Of a DNA stretch of 64,000 nt, positions 49,341 through 62,125 are shown one piece after another. A program made the translations under genes and the position numbers. The stretch is from Oopsacas minuta (Eukaryota > Animalia > Porifera): the NCBI GenBank assembly GCA_024704765.1, contig JAKMXF010000310.1:620001-684000 (forward strand), given 5' to 3'. The stretch's first letter is position 1. Each line of letters opens with the position of its first letter. Below the pieces are notes generated by a model. It was not told the DNA's origin, did no database searches, and saw only the letters and a list, made by a program, of their open reading frames with translations.

Positions 49341-50705
49341 ATGCTACAAGCAGCCTCACATCTCTGAGAGCACTTTATTATTGCGTCATAAATTGACGAC
49401 AACAACAAACAACAAACAACAAACAACAAACAACAAACAACAAACAACAAACAACTAACAAACAAACAAATAATAAACAAACAGACAAATTAGCAAGATA
49501 TTAATTTACTATTTGAATTCTAATTATTGTTATTTTATCAATATATTCTGATGGGATCATTTAAGTCCGGAGTCTTGTTGTTGCGAGATCATTTTCTCAT
49601 AGGTGGGCAGGGGCTGTTTCCGTGGTAGAGGGGAGGAGGTCAGAAGGTACTCTCGGGGTAATGGGAGTTGAAATAGGTCTTGATATATGTGATTCTAATC
49701 TTCTATATAGGTTAATTCAGATTTAACATGAATTTCGTCCGTTTGTACTATGGCATAATTCCCTTTGGTTAAAATGGGATGTAGCACTTTCCCAAAATGA
49801 ACGAAATTCACTGTCCAAGCCAATCTTTGAGTATGAACGCTTAGGTGTAGAATTGTGAAGGGGAAGAGAGAGTTGAGCGATTGCATATACTGATAAGATG
49901 CTCAGTTTACATATCAGCAAGTTGTGTTTTGGATGGGAGGCCCGGGGGCGTCCCCTACTTTCTTTCCCTGGGGCCATTTTCACCGAGGTTTTCTAAGGAA
50001 AGATTTAATTTGGACAGGGAGAGCCCCTACCAATTTATTTTGGCAAAACACCACTGACTTCAGTTACTATGATGGTTCCAATGTTGGATGAGACTGACAT
50101 TCATTGGGTGGTTTTATGACTTCAGAGGTTTTCTAATTGACTTTAAGCTGTTTGTAGTCATTTCAAGCTTAGTGCTATTGCAGCATACAACTGTTCTCGT
50201 TCTTTAATAAAACGATCAATACGAGTTTGTGTCTTAGATAAATAGAGAGATACGTAATTCGGATAACCTGGTAGAAGTTTGGAACAAACTCTAGCAGAAG
50301 TCTAGGCATAGTACGTTGAACTTATATCCTAGTTCCACCCACCGGGTTGGGGAATAGAAAAGGTTGTTCCTACAACATTTGGAAATATTAAAGTTTCAAA
50401 AATACTTATTGTATCAAATTCTACCTCGCACAAATACATATTACTGTATTACACATGTTGGCAGCCTGTCCATCGTTTGTACAACTTTCGAAATTGTAAT
50501 CCTAGATCCTATAGTATTATTTCAATGTATTTCACTAATCCGAATTCAAAACGAATATTTACAATTGGCGTAGCGTAGTGCTGTCCGGATTAGCTAGGAT
50601 GTACTGTATCGAAACTAATTTAATACTCCTCTAATCATACACAATAATAAAGTTATCAATTACACTACAGAGCTATCATTGCTACTAATCCAAATAGTTC
50701 TAGAA

Positions 50706-51095
50706 TCACTTCTTCTTAGTAGCAATCTTGGTCTTCTTAGTTCCTCTAACTTTGCTCATTCTAGTCTTACGATCCTTCCTCTGTTTACGAGTAGGTCTCT
50801 TAACCTTCTCACCACCCTGTCTAATCAGACGGTACTTAGGCTCAGCATATTTAGCACTGGACATAGAGTCGTAGATGAGAGCGAAGCCAGTGCTCCTACC
50901 TCCTCCAAACGCTGTTCTGAATCCAAAACAGAATATGACGTCAGGAGTAGTCTTGAATTTCTTAGCTAATTGCTTCCTGATGTCTTCCTTAGATACAGGG
51001 GGTTTATTGGGGTGTAAAACATCTAGGACCATTTGCTTACGATTCAAGAGTCTGTTCTTCATCACTTTCTTTGTACGGATTACAATCTCTGCCAT
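50706..51095 (-). CDS. RPS24: 40S ribosomal protein S24 (eS24), intronless
   Basis: [44 protein letters not shown]. Confidence 0.98.
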   Translation of the reverse strand: MAEIVIRTKKVMKNRLLNRKQMVLDVLHPNKPPVSKEDIRKQLAKKFKTTPDVIFCFGFRTAFGGGRSTGFALIYDSMSSAKYAEPKYRLIRQGGEKVKRPTRKQRKDRKTRMSKVRGTKKTKIATKKK

Positions 51096-51256
51096 AATGA
51101 AACTGCTGTTATGCTAAATTTGTGATAAATAGAATAACACAGAGCTAATCAAATATTCTGTATAGATTGTCCGCATGTACCGCAAACATTTCGGAACCAA
51201 ATTCAAGAGAATGGACCAATCACTATACGTTCAATGGGTCTAACTATGTACTAACT

Positions 51257-52189
51257 CAGTGGTTCTTAACCATTTTTAGGCTCATCCTCCCTATATGACC
51301 TCTTCAGTTACCATTCCTCCCTCTCTAAATTTTTGCGGTATTTATCATCAATTTTAGATTAAGACTTTGTATGTGCCAGGCGTATCTGTATATTTGATAT
51401 AATTTCTTGTAGAACTTTGATCAAAATTTCTTATGTCGAACTTTGATCGAATGATGAAAAAGGCAAATTTTGATCAAAGTTCTACTAAAATGTCTCCAGT
51501 CGAACTTTGATCGAAAAATTGTAGAATTTTGATCGAAAATGGGAACTTTGATCGAAATGAGAACTTTGATCGAAAGTGGAGAAAATACAACAAAAAAATC
51601 CAACGATACGCCATTTTACAAAGATTAATAATAATCAATCCAACAAAACTCCATCCAATCATAAAATTAGCATAAATTTCACACTCACTTTATATTTTAT
51701 TAGTTAGAAAGAGTACCATTGGGAGGGGATTAGGGATTTATTTCGCTACCTTATGGCTCTGGGAGTATTTATTTGTGTTTGTTATTAGCTACTAAAGCAC
51801 GGGAGTGTGGAATTTATGCTAATTTTATGATTGGATGGAGTTTTTGGATTGATTATTATTAATCTTTGTAAAATGGCGTATCGTTGGATTTTTTTGTTGT
51901 ATTTTCTCCATTTTCGATCAAAGTTCGACATAAGAAAATTTGATCAAAGTTCTACAAAAAATTCGATCAAAATATACAGATCCGTGCCAGGCATGTAAGT
52001 ACAGGGCGACCAATAAATATATAATACTAGCGAGCTTCGCTTGCTAGGCCGCTGCGCGACAACTTAGGGCCTCTGGTTAGCATAAGTATAAACAGCTACA
52101 TTTCTTGATGCTTTTGATAGCTATACGACGAGATATACTCAGCACTATGTGCCTTCGGGGTTAAATTTTGTGGAAAGTTTAAACCACTG
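51257..52189. mobile_element. 933-bp hAT-type non-autonomous element
   Basis: CAGTGGTT termini; exact 8-bp TSD TACTAACT at 51249-51256 and 52190-52197. Confidence 0.8.
51382..51983. mobile_element. MULE-type foldback MITE nested in the hAT element
   Basis: Long inverted arms (about 51382-51690 / 51800-51983); exact 9-bp TSD GTGCCAGGC; the left arm has extra GAACTTTGATCGAAA repeats. Confidence 0.85.
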
Positions 52190-52399
52190 TACTAACTAAT
52201 GCTAATAAGAGAATTCAATTGTCAGTCGCCTTTCATTCTACCAGCCTAGATGTGTTGGTCCCTGTCGGCTATTCTAAAGAATAATACAAATTATTGTACT
52301 GAATTGTCGCAGTAAATAAAATATTATTATAATTTGATTTATTAAACTATTTTATTATTTTAATCTAGAATAGGCGAAATTAAATAATAATTGAAAATT

Positions 52400-52654
52400 C
52401 TAAAAGTGAGATTCATCCAGAGTTTTGCTTTTGTTCTCTAATCTTGTCAGAATATACTGAGAAGTTTCGATGAATCTGTCAAGACAATTCTTCAAACAAT
52501 ATTCATTTTTATTATCTAACTTAGCTCCTGGCTTGTCTATACACTTCTCCCAACATATATCAGTGAATTTGTGTACATCTCTCATGAACTTTGCTTGTTG
52601 AGACTCTTGTGCTAGCATACGCTGCACTTCAGGGTCTAGAGTATCTGGATTCAT
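52400..52654 (-). CDS. TIMM8: Mitochondrial small TIM chaperone Tim8
   Basis: Twin CX3C motif (TDICWEKCIDKPG..YCLKNCLDRFIETS), 84 aa. Confidence 0.93.
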   Translation of the reverse strand: MNPDTLDPEVQRMLAQESQQAKFMRDVHKFTDICWEKCIDKPGAKLDNKNEYCLKNCLDRFIETSQYILTRLENKSKTLDESHF

Positions 52655-53037
52655 TATACTTGTGTATAGAAATGCTGTATGCTATATAATGTTACAAATG
52701 TCAAAATCCGTAAACAGACCTGTAGTTACTGTATGTAGCTAGAGTTCATTTCTAACCGATTACCTCTAAGTGTAATCTTAAAGGGTACCTGTCCCCTTAA
52801 TGTTCACTTTTTGAAAATATTATAACTTTAATCTTGGTAAAAATTTTGAGCTCTATCTCAGATAATTTTTGAGATATTTTGATCTAGTGGGGCGAATTAA
52901 CCCTGATGAAGGCATGCAAATTTGCGTATTTTTAACTGTACAATAATAATTGAGTCATGTTATAGCTAAGTTGGATATCGTAAGGGAATACATAACTAAG
53001 GAAGTGATATACTATACTACCTCTTATAACTTACAAG

Positions 53038-53450
53038 CAGGGGTGTAACTGGAGGGGCCAGCCTCCTCTATTTTCCGATTTCGAGGCTGGCCTGTCACGA
53101 AAATTTCTTTTAGAAGTAGTGTTAATACATCAAAAAAAAATATGAAGAACTCAAAAATATGTAGAGAGATAATGGCAAGGTAATTCCAGTTTCATTAGCT
53201 AATTCAATTACAAAGCAATTTCCTCTGCTAGGAACGCTTCAAAATACGCCTGTCAGCAACCAAGGGGTGCCCAAAATGACAGCCAACGAGGCTGACCATA
53301 CTGGACGCAACATTTCTAATCCTCGTGTTAAATAGTTAAGATAAATACAGTAAAAATTGGTCCCGGACCAGTATTAGCCAGCCAAAACTGGTCCAGAACC
53401 AAATTTGGCGTGACAGGCACCCCATATGCTGGACTATGGTTACGCCCCTG
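53038..53450. mobile_element. 413-bp hAT-type MITE
   Basis: TIRs CAGGGGTGTAAC / GTTACGCCCCTG (11/12); flanks CTTACAAG / CTTACAAT (7/8). Confidence 0.7.
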
Positions 53451-53787
53451 CTTACAATTAGTGAATTTTACTCCGATTATAAAACCAAATGATTCAGAGG
53501 CCCTGAATACTACGTCATAACGTCACTATACAGTGAACAGTTGTACAATATAAGAATATTAATTTTATTTATAAAAAAATATTTTATATTTAAATCCACA
53601 TTTCATAATATCTAAAAATTTTAAATATACATATATACACTCATTTACACTGACCATAATAATTAACAATCGTTCCCCACTCCTTATTCACCCACATAGT
53701 TTAGTATCCTCATAGACAGGAATCTCAGATTGTTACTTCTCTGTAATATCACTTATTGTATCGTTATCATCATTGCCGTATAGCTTA

Positions 53788-56215
53788 TTATAACGATAAT
53801 GATATGAATCGGACCTCACCAATAGACAATAGCAATATATTCTCCTTTTCATCATTAATGAATACTCTTATCATTGAATCTTTAAAGGTTTTGCCTTCAA
53901 TATTTGTAATATTTGGAATGGCTAACTCTGATTCTTTAGAGATCGTAGTATTAGAGGGCTGTTTGTACGGATTTTGAACAGAGGATCTAATCTGATCCAA
54001 ATTGTATTTATGAATAGAGCCACAACACAGATCCAGCACATAGAAGTTATGTGTAGTCTTATAATTATGTGTAGTCAAGCAGCAGAAAAGAGACATCCGC
54101 TGAGATAATGTATAAAACCTAACATATTGCAGACTATTAATGTTATATACTTGAATGTAATATATGCTATCAGTTGGGTTGATTGGATTGTTAGGTAGCT
54201 CTGCCCGATGTAGAATCATTAACAGGTTAGCATCTCTAGTAGACCTCGCCATATCTACAAAGAAAGCGTGACAGGTATTGAGAATTTGTTGTGAGTAATT
54301 CGTGATGTTAATCAGTCCCTCGCTACCTCCAGTTTGAGAGTTAACTTTACATATAATAGGAGACTCAATAGAAGTTATGTAAATAGTGTTAATACCATCA
54401 AAGGTGTATAATCTAGGATTCAAATAGGTAAAACCAACTTCATTCCATATGAGGAATTGATTACGAACTTCTCCTTCTTTAGAATATACATATATCTTAT
54501 GGTTGGACATGATAACAACAGAATTATTCAAAAGAGTAATTGAAGAGTTGATTGAAAACGAAGCAGGAACTGTCACTTTAATAGTTTTATTCATATGCAA
54601 AGAATTGTGATTTTGCTTATAAGTTTTCCAGTGAGTATCAAATAAAGCATAATACATATCATCAGCAGAAATGTTTGTGATATCTGATGGGGTGTGTAGG
54701 GTAGTATTTTGAGCTTTATATCTCTCATGATGCTTATGAACCAAATATAACATTTTATTCTCATTTTTATTATCATTATCAGATTTAGCTACAGTTAAAA
54801 ATTGATTTAGAGATCTCTCTATATCCATTTGTGCTTGTGGAATGACATTGACTGAGTATGAATCTAATTGAATATTGAAATTAGTTACAAATAAAGAAAT
54901 ATCATGTAGCCTATCTATAGGTTTATTCTTGATGCCAGTTACATAAGAGTACCTGCTTAACACATCTACATAACCTGTGTATGTAATGATCTGCTCCAGC
55001 TGTTGAATAGCATCTTCCAAAGGAGTAATCAGTGCCTGATAGTTGTTAGACAATTCTTCTAACAGAACTGCTTGTCTAGTCTCCAGCTGTCTGTACAGCT
55101 GTTGAAAGAATGTGAGCACCTGTGTAGTCTGTGCATTCCATATTTTCTCAAGATTTATTTTCCTATCTTCTAGTTTACACATTTGAGACTTAGCTTCTAG
55201 GAAGCAATCTTCTAGAATCCTATCTGTTGATGATGTCATATTAGTATCATCATCCACGGAGATAGGAGACACAAAATCTTCTGGAGCTTTGTATTCCGTT
55301 GGACTAGCAATACTATTAGAATCTATGAAATAGGAATGAAATAATCACTGGCGAAACTAGGTACCAGAGTCTGGGTGGGCAAAGATAATGTCACAATCAT
55401 CCGCCCTATACAGCTATACTTTTGTATTTTGTGGAGTCGAACCTCAGTCAGGTCAGGTAATTGACTGATCACTTTTAATTTGCTTCCGCCTGGCCTAATG
55501 AGCCACACGCAAAATTGATATAGTCGTACCTTATTTATAACATTAATACTACTGCTTAAAGTAGAGGTTCTAATTGTGAGATAATACCAAACAGTCCAGA
55601 TAAATAAAAAATAATTGACAGGTCAGTTCATCCCAGAAATATGTACTCTAAGAAATATGCGTGTACACCAGAAATAGATTTATATTGAAATGATAGAGAT
55701 CTATTTTTAACACTAGTACCTGTTGTGTTAACTTGTAGACTTGTGAGAATATCCTGTACATAAGACTCCTGTAGTGTGTGTAGCTGTAGTATGAGATGTC
55801 CTATGTTATACTTCTCATGACTTTTCAAATCAATCTTGCAAATAGTAGCTTTACAGTCTACACAATAAGCTACAGCTGTCTCACCTGTGTCTCCAAACAC
55901 ACAGTCAGTACATCTGAGATTTTTTGTAGTCTTCAGTTGTTTCAGCTTGTTGATAAGGTCTGGTAAAGGATTGCTCTGTAACTCTAAGCTAACATACTCG
56001 TAACTGGGACAAAGTGGACACTGTATTGACTCAGTTCCTTCTTGTTTAACCTTCTCATCAATACAGGTCTTACAGAATGAGTGTAGAGAAGATAGGAATG
56101 TAGCTCTCTTGACAGATTCTTGACAAAATTGACAAGTGAATGTGACGTCATTAAAATATTGTTGTCGACGAGTATAATCGATTTTTATTGGAAATTCAAC
56201 TATTCTTGTAGCCAT
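53788..56215 (-). CDS. TRIM-like RING-B-box-coiled-coil-beta-propeller protein; complement(join(53788..55322,55720..56215)), 676 aa
   Basis: RING CQFC..LHSFCKTC..CPLC; B-box CTDC..YCVDCKATIC..H..H; heptad region; propeller-like C-terminus. Phase-1 GT-AG intron gives 2031 nt, in frame. Confidence 0.85.
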
Positions 56216-57290
56216 GTTGATAAGACAAACTCTCTAATAATCATTTTAAATATAGAAATATGGAGGTGTTAATTATCAGTAATCGTGAAAATGGTGTAAA
56301 AACAAAATAATATAAACAGAACAGTAGCGTATCTAGGAGGGAGATGTTGGGGATGCATCCCCCACCTGGATAAACATCAATTAAATAGAACCATAATTGG
56401 TATGAAAAATTAATTCAAAACAGAAAAATTTCCTCAAATTGCAACCAGGAAATTCGCATCTTTACGTCAATATTATGTTATAATATTCCAGGAGAATTAG
56501 ATTTAGAGCAAGACCTAGAATATATTGCAACAAAGGCGAATAATGACTTTTCTTGTAGCTTTAGTATTATTGTAGTTTAACAGAAAAAAAGCCCCAGGGC
56601 CAAATGTGTGTGTGGAACTTCTATTTTTAGTCACTTAAATAGACCACTTTTGGACACATTTCGAAAATTAAAATGCCTATAACTCGTTCAATTCAATTCG
56701 AAACGTTCTTCGCAATCAGTGATAAATTTCCCATCGTTTGAATAGTCACTTGAATATATTGGGAAAGTTTCTCCCTAGCAACGCAGGAATGTGTCAGGAA
56801 TGTGATAACTTTCCATTCTCAAAATTTGTCCTAGCCCTATAGTCCCCTTGTTCGATGGCGCTAGGCGTGTTGAGTCTAGTTATGCACATATCGACCCTCT
56901 AAATGATCTTTGAACACGATTTTATGGGATCGGTCACAGCCTATACTAGATTGTATAGGCAAGATTAAGTGGTAGTAAGGTATATAGGTACTAGTAGAGC
57001 TTATAATATATGTATATGATATAACTATTAGAGCTTATAATATATGTATATGACATAAACCTCCTAGGCTAGTATTGATATAGTCCAAATGGTATCTCTC
57101 TGACTTCACTGGTCACATAATTATAACGTGTTAAAGTGGCTCCATTTATTTCGCTGCCAACTTCACACTCATGACTGAATAGTAGGTAATTATGTAAAAT
57201 TTGTTAAATTTATAGGTATCCAGATAAGCCTATATTAAATGAATGTGCGCACGCGCACTCGACTTTTCACTATATGCCCAGCCGCCTAAG

Positions 57291-57418
57291 CTACAATTCA
57301 TGGCTAATTACAGAAATATACCTCGTTCGGATGATTGATTATCCAATCACTATTCACTGGGAGCATTCGAAACATCATCCGAATGAAGTATATGTCTGTA
57401 ATTAGTCATGAATTGTAG
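57291..57418. other. Imperfect 44-bp-arm inverted repeat (small MITE or hairpin)
   Basis: CTACAATTCATGGCTAATTACAGAAATATACCTCGTTCGGATGA pairs with TCATCCGAATGAAGTATATGTCTGTAATTAGTCATGAATTGTAG. Confidence 0.85.
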
Positions 57419-58178
57419 TTGTAGACAAAATTTTTTCAATATTTTATGACCTAAACCTATAAAACTAGGTTATATACCGATTTACATATAAACTATATAT
57501 TGTGCAATTATAGTAAAAATTTCTCACAAAACAGACGATGACAGTATGTATTCGTAAGAAATATGTGAAAAACTTACCAGAAAATATTAGGCCGCTGGTG
57601 CCGATCCCGTAAAATAGTGTTGAAAGATTATTTAGAGGAAAATACCGTTGTCAAAATAATCGATATCAACTGTACTTGCAAGTTCAAATCTAACAGCTAA
57701 ATCGTTAGTAGATTTTGCAATATTATTCCATTTTTTCAAACTTACATTTATTATTGGCCCGGATTCACCGAATCTACAAAATGTGTTTATAGAACTCTCG
57801 TATATAGAGCTTATACAGCCCTCACAATCTCAACAGGGACGCTCAAGTTCCCCTCCCTCTTCAGCTCCATATCCGACAGCCTCATAATCTCGCGGAACAA
57901 AAGATTGCTATAAGCCTCTCACATAAGACAGTGTCGATCTGCTCATAACTAAACTTCTTACAGGGAGCTGAAGAGCCTGAAAACGTCAGTCTGATCCATG
58001 AAAACACAATTTCTAATCGCCCAAAATCAATCAAGGAGCTAAACCACCAGATCAACCAACTCAAAAAATGTACCAAAGAGCTTAGAGACTGCCTAAATCC
58101 TGAAAAAGGGTTGAATTAAGCTTTGGCGTCCTCACATAATAATAATTAGTCACAATATTTGTTACAAAATAAAATTTA

Positions 58179-59576
58179 TCATAATAACTTTGCTCTTTTA
58201 CTGTCAGGAGACCTCTCTTCCCCAGCATCAGCCTCTGGAGTAACAATACTCTGTGTAGGAGTAACTGTATATGTTTTAACTCTAACTCCACTCAATACAT
58301 AACCGGTCCTACAACTTGATGACATCATTTCAGGATGTAGTTTAGACTCCGCTGGCTGATATGCTCTCAACCAGCTAGTTGTCAGGTTCTTGAGTATTAT
58401 GTTATTACTAGAGTGGAAATACTCATTACAGTTAGATATTAGTTCTGGGAACACACAGTATACAAGGAGAGGACTTGATGAAGATATAAATGGGAGACAA
58501 GCCTCTAGGATTGGTACAGGGTCGTGTTTAGAGGCAAGAATAATTCCTTCAAATTCTCCTTCTATCAGCAACTCTCTAGCAGTGCAGTAACGGTCCTCTT
58601 TCGGAGGAGTATGATCATGTTGCTCCTCAAATAATGGAGTTTCTGATTTATTCTGTGTAATGTTAACATCTATTTCAATTATAGAAGATTCCTCTAAGGA
58701 ATCTGCAGACTGTTGTAAAGAAGATATAGGTTGTTGTGCTGTATTATTTGTTTTTTGTTCTGAATTTGATAATTGAGGAGTTTGAGGATATTCTCTCAAC
58801 CTAGCCAAACGTCTGAGAGGGAAAGCAGAAAGACACTCCCAGTGCAGAGAGGAGAGATGAGAAAAGCTGGAGAGAACTGGTCTAGGATGAATAATCTCAG
58901 TAGTGAAAAGTTCTACAAGTCTACCTCCTCCTCCCATTCTCTCCAGAACTGCACCAATAACTAAACCGCCAAAATTATCCACCACCAGCAGTCTAGATCC
59001 GTATCTTACGTTAGCCAGAGACAGTAGTAGAGATAATGTGTCAATCCTTAGGAATCCTATCTTCTCTGGCCGCAGGTGATAATGCATAAGTGATAAATGC
59101 CGAAGAGACGGACGGTATATGAATATGACTGGTAGATGTTTGGCTCTCTTACGTGTTAAGTATTTCTGTTTTGAGAATTGACTCTTCTCATTGAATGTAT
59201 TACTACCTGATATAATCTCTGTTATCAGCTGTTCTCCCGCTAACTCATTCTCTTTCAATTCTTGTATATCTTCTGTAGAATACTTCTGGTTACTAGCTAC
59301 ATCTAATAAATTTCTATTGTCATTATCTTCGCTAGGTAGTTGTTGCTCTAATCTAACTTCTAGCTTATTAGGATCAAACAATTCAAGCGAGCAGCCTCTG
59401 ATCACAAACCTAGACCCGTAGTAGTGTCCTATAGCTCCTTCTGTATTTACGGTGTGTTTCCATAATCTCACAGATGTACATATCTTCACCTGGAATGTGT
59501 GGTATCTCTTCTGATCAGCTGAGTATGCTAGAGCTGTGTCTCCTTCTGATATTATACCGTTATTCTTCAGGGACAT
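58179..59576 (-). CDS. TRMT6: tRNA m1A58 methyltransferase non-catalytic subunit (Gcd10/TRM6), intronless
   Basis: DNDNRNLLDVASNQKYSTEDIQELK, TFNEKSQFSKQKYL, RIDTLSLLLSLANVRYG, ERMGG and HPEM motifs. ATG at 59576; the track start is TTG. Confidence 0.93.
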   Translation of the reverse strand: MSLKNNGIISEGDTALAYSADQKRYHTFQVKICTSVRLWKHTVNTEGAIGHYYGSRFVIRGCSLELFDPNKLEVRLEQQLPSEDNDNRNLLDVASNQKYSTEDIQELKENELAGEQLITEIISGSNTFNEKSQFSKQKYLTRKRAKHLPVIFIYRPSLRHLSLMHYHLRPEKIGFLRIDTLSLLLSLANVRYGSRLLVVDNFGGLVIGAVLERMGGGGRLVELFTTEIIHPRPVLSSFSHLSSLHWECLSAFPLRRLARLREYPQTPQLSNSEQKTNNTAQQPISSLQQSADSLEESSIIEIDVNITQNKSETPLFEEQHDHTPPKEDRYCTARELLIEGEFEGIILASKHDPVPILEACLPFISSSSPLLVYCVFPELISNCNEYFHSSNNIILKNLTTSWLRAYQPAESKLHPEMMSSSCRTGYVLSGVRVKTYTVTPTQSIVTPEADAGEERSPDSKRAKLL

Positions 59577-62125
59577 ATCTAACAATATGGCGAAACAGCT
59601 ATGGCTATAGTAATAATCGTATACATTATAATAGACAATTCTTTATCGGAATGTCTAACAGATGTCAGATTTGCCTCCCCCAAAATTAGCGAAAAGTCTA
59701 ACAAATTTGATCTAGAAAACGTGAATTCCACCAAGAAATTTAGATAAAATGAATCCTCAAATACATATATATATATTTGCAATAAATTGGTGAGTTCACC
59801 GATTTACGAGAACTAACAAGAGGACGCCACACTTAAGGGAGTCTCCCCATTAAGATTTCGATAATGAAATTTGTGACTTTAGTAATATGAAGGTGGTTCC
59901 TTATTTGATAAAAGTCATATGCCCACTCTTAGCTGATGGGGCGCTAGCCTCGTCTAGCCACATGCGAACGCAGCCACTGGTAATAACCCATCTGTACAGT
60001 ACAGTAAATACTGCGAGCATCCGGACAGACTGGAAAATAGTTGAGGGCCTGGTATGCGAGAGTGATTACCGAAAACTCAAAATCTGAGGTGTGCTCCGGT
60101 ACGGGAGGTTTTACCTGGCTAAGGAGTTCCCCAATTTGCGATTGCTAACTGTATAATAATTTAAGTGGATAGATTTGTATCTTACGTCTTTAATTAAATA
60201 AATAGTTACTTAGCGTATATATCAAAATTGTTAGACTTTCCACTAATTTTGGGAGAAAGCAAATCTGATAGACATTGCATCACCTTGGTATACCCATTCT
60301 TTATCATTAAATGTCCGAAATCTAGCAATCCGATTCACATGAAATTGGTACTAATATACGTTTTGGGTCAGTGAATTACACCCCCGACATCAATGTTTTC
60401 TAAAGTGAATTTTCACACCTATGTAAAATTTATTTCATGCTAGAGATCAGGTTTCAACGTGTTGTGATGTGTAATTGGGTGTGTAGAGTCCGATTTTGAG
60501 ATTTTGAGAGTTTGAATGTTACAAATTACAGATTATCATATGATTACAAGTAAACTTCCGAGATACTGCATCATCGGGAAAATAATTTTGTGTCCAATCT
60601 CAGAGGTTCAAGAAGTACTATTTGTATAGGAAAATCAATCGGTGGAATGGAATTGTGCCATATCTCGGAGGTGCCACTTCGGGAGGTCTACCTGTAATCA
60701 TCTTTTCACACATTTGGGTAATATTCAAAATGATGCTAAAGTAAGGTGACCAGCACGTTTAGGTCTAAATCCTGTACATTTTAGCATTTGCACCAAAACT
60801 TGCTGAATTTTCATGGGACATAATTTTTCAAATCCTGGACAAGATCCTGCACACTATATTAGTGATAAGTATATGTATAAAACTATAAATTGATGTTTAA
60901 TTTTGTAATACAAATAGCGTGAAATCTCATTTAACATGGTTGCCGCTCGTATTGATAGCCAGCTTAAGAATTTTAATGACCTTCTATTCAAAATAATAAT
61001 CTCGAGAATCCTGTACATACGTAATAAAATCCTCGACAATGGTGACCCTATGCTAGAGATTTTGTTTAAAAAGTAGGACAGAGGGGGGGGTAATTGCAGG
61101 ATAATTATTCAGGATCTTATCCATAGGATTTGAGGATATAACATGAAGTATATTAGAGGACGAATAATATTGAATATCCTGAAATATTATCAGATCCAGG
61201 AGCCCAAAATCAGTCGGGGTATGGTGCATCACGGTATCTACACAGGGGTTCAGGGGAACCTTGCCCCCTTAAAAAGAACTAATAATTATCCCTGAGCTGC
61301 ACTCTGTCGGCTGAAGATTTTTAACGAATGAAGAGATTGTCAACCTGTTTATACTTCTACTTACATCAAGTAACCAAATCTATTCTACTTAGCAACCAAA
61401 TATTGTCTTAGGAATTTCTAAAAAATGATAAGAAATTATTCCCAGGGTATCAATAGCTGATCTATTAACTAATCGAATTGCTATCCTTATTACCCTAGAT
61501 TGAACGTAGTTTGACCCGCCCCGCCCCGTAACTAAATGCGGGTCAGGTGCGGGTTAAGCGCAGGGCAAGTGTGGGCAGGGGCGGATTGGGGACATAAAAC
61601 GGCCCTGGAAAAGTCCTAAATCAATTATGCTAGTCAGCACGCCGGCCCCACTAGCTTACCACCCCATAACGCCACCGGCCCACGGGCATTTGCCCGGTAT
61701 CTCGGGTTGCCCAATCCACCCCCGAGTGCGGGTTACTGCTAGTAGCAGCCTAACATTTGGTCTGGACATATCCAGACTCACAAGTTAGGTGCTACAAAAT
61801 GTTCTGGCTAATACCATTATTATTTAGAATAAAGAATGACTGGACAATATCAAAGCAGCATTGTTTAGAAAAAGTGGCCAATCATACCCATAACAAAATA
61901 GTTCACCCAATAAATCCTCCTACTCTTTTGATACATATTATACTGCAATAAATGCCTTTTGAGAGAATTAATAGTTAATACTAATTTGGCTAAAAATGAC
62001 CAAAATTTCGCAGCAAGACTCCTTAATCACATAAATTGGTACTACTTTCAGGTTGAGGTTTTAATCGAATTTGAGAACTGATAAAGAGTCACAATTGTAC
62101 TGATGACTGAGATAGGCTAAATGTA

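Noticed and set aside
49560-50200. Minus-strand coding-like fragments including a UIM-like EQLYAAIALSL
   Set aside because: They are short, stop-ridden and cannot be joined into a model.
57790-58120. Plus-strand coding-like stretch converging on the TRMT6 3' end
   Set aside because: It has an in-frame stop, only a weak donor site, no start exon and no recognisable domain.
12593-59585. GTG/TTG starts in the ORF track (12593, 17747, 35125, 44775, 59585 and others)
   Set aside because: The locus is eukaryotic, so the first in-frame ATG or a splice acceptor was used instead.
61500-61740. GC-rich island with GCGGGT/CCCGC motifs
   Set aside because: It has no tRNA, rRNA or ORF features; it is most likely subterminal repeats of a MITE whose ends I could not define.
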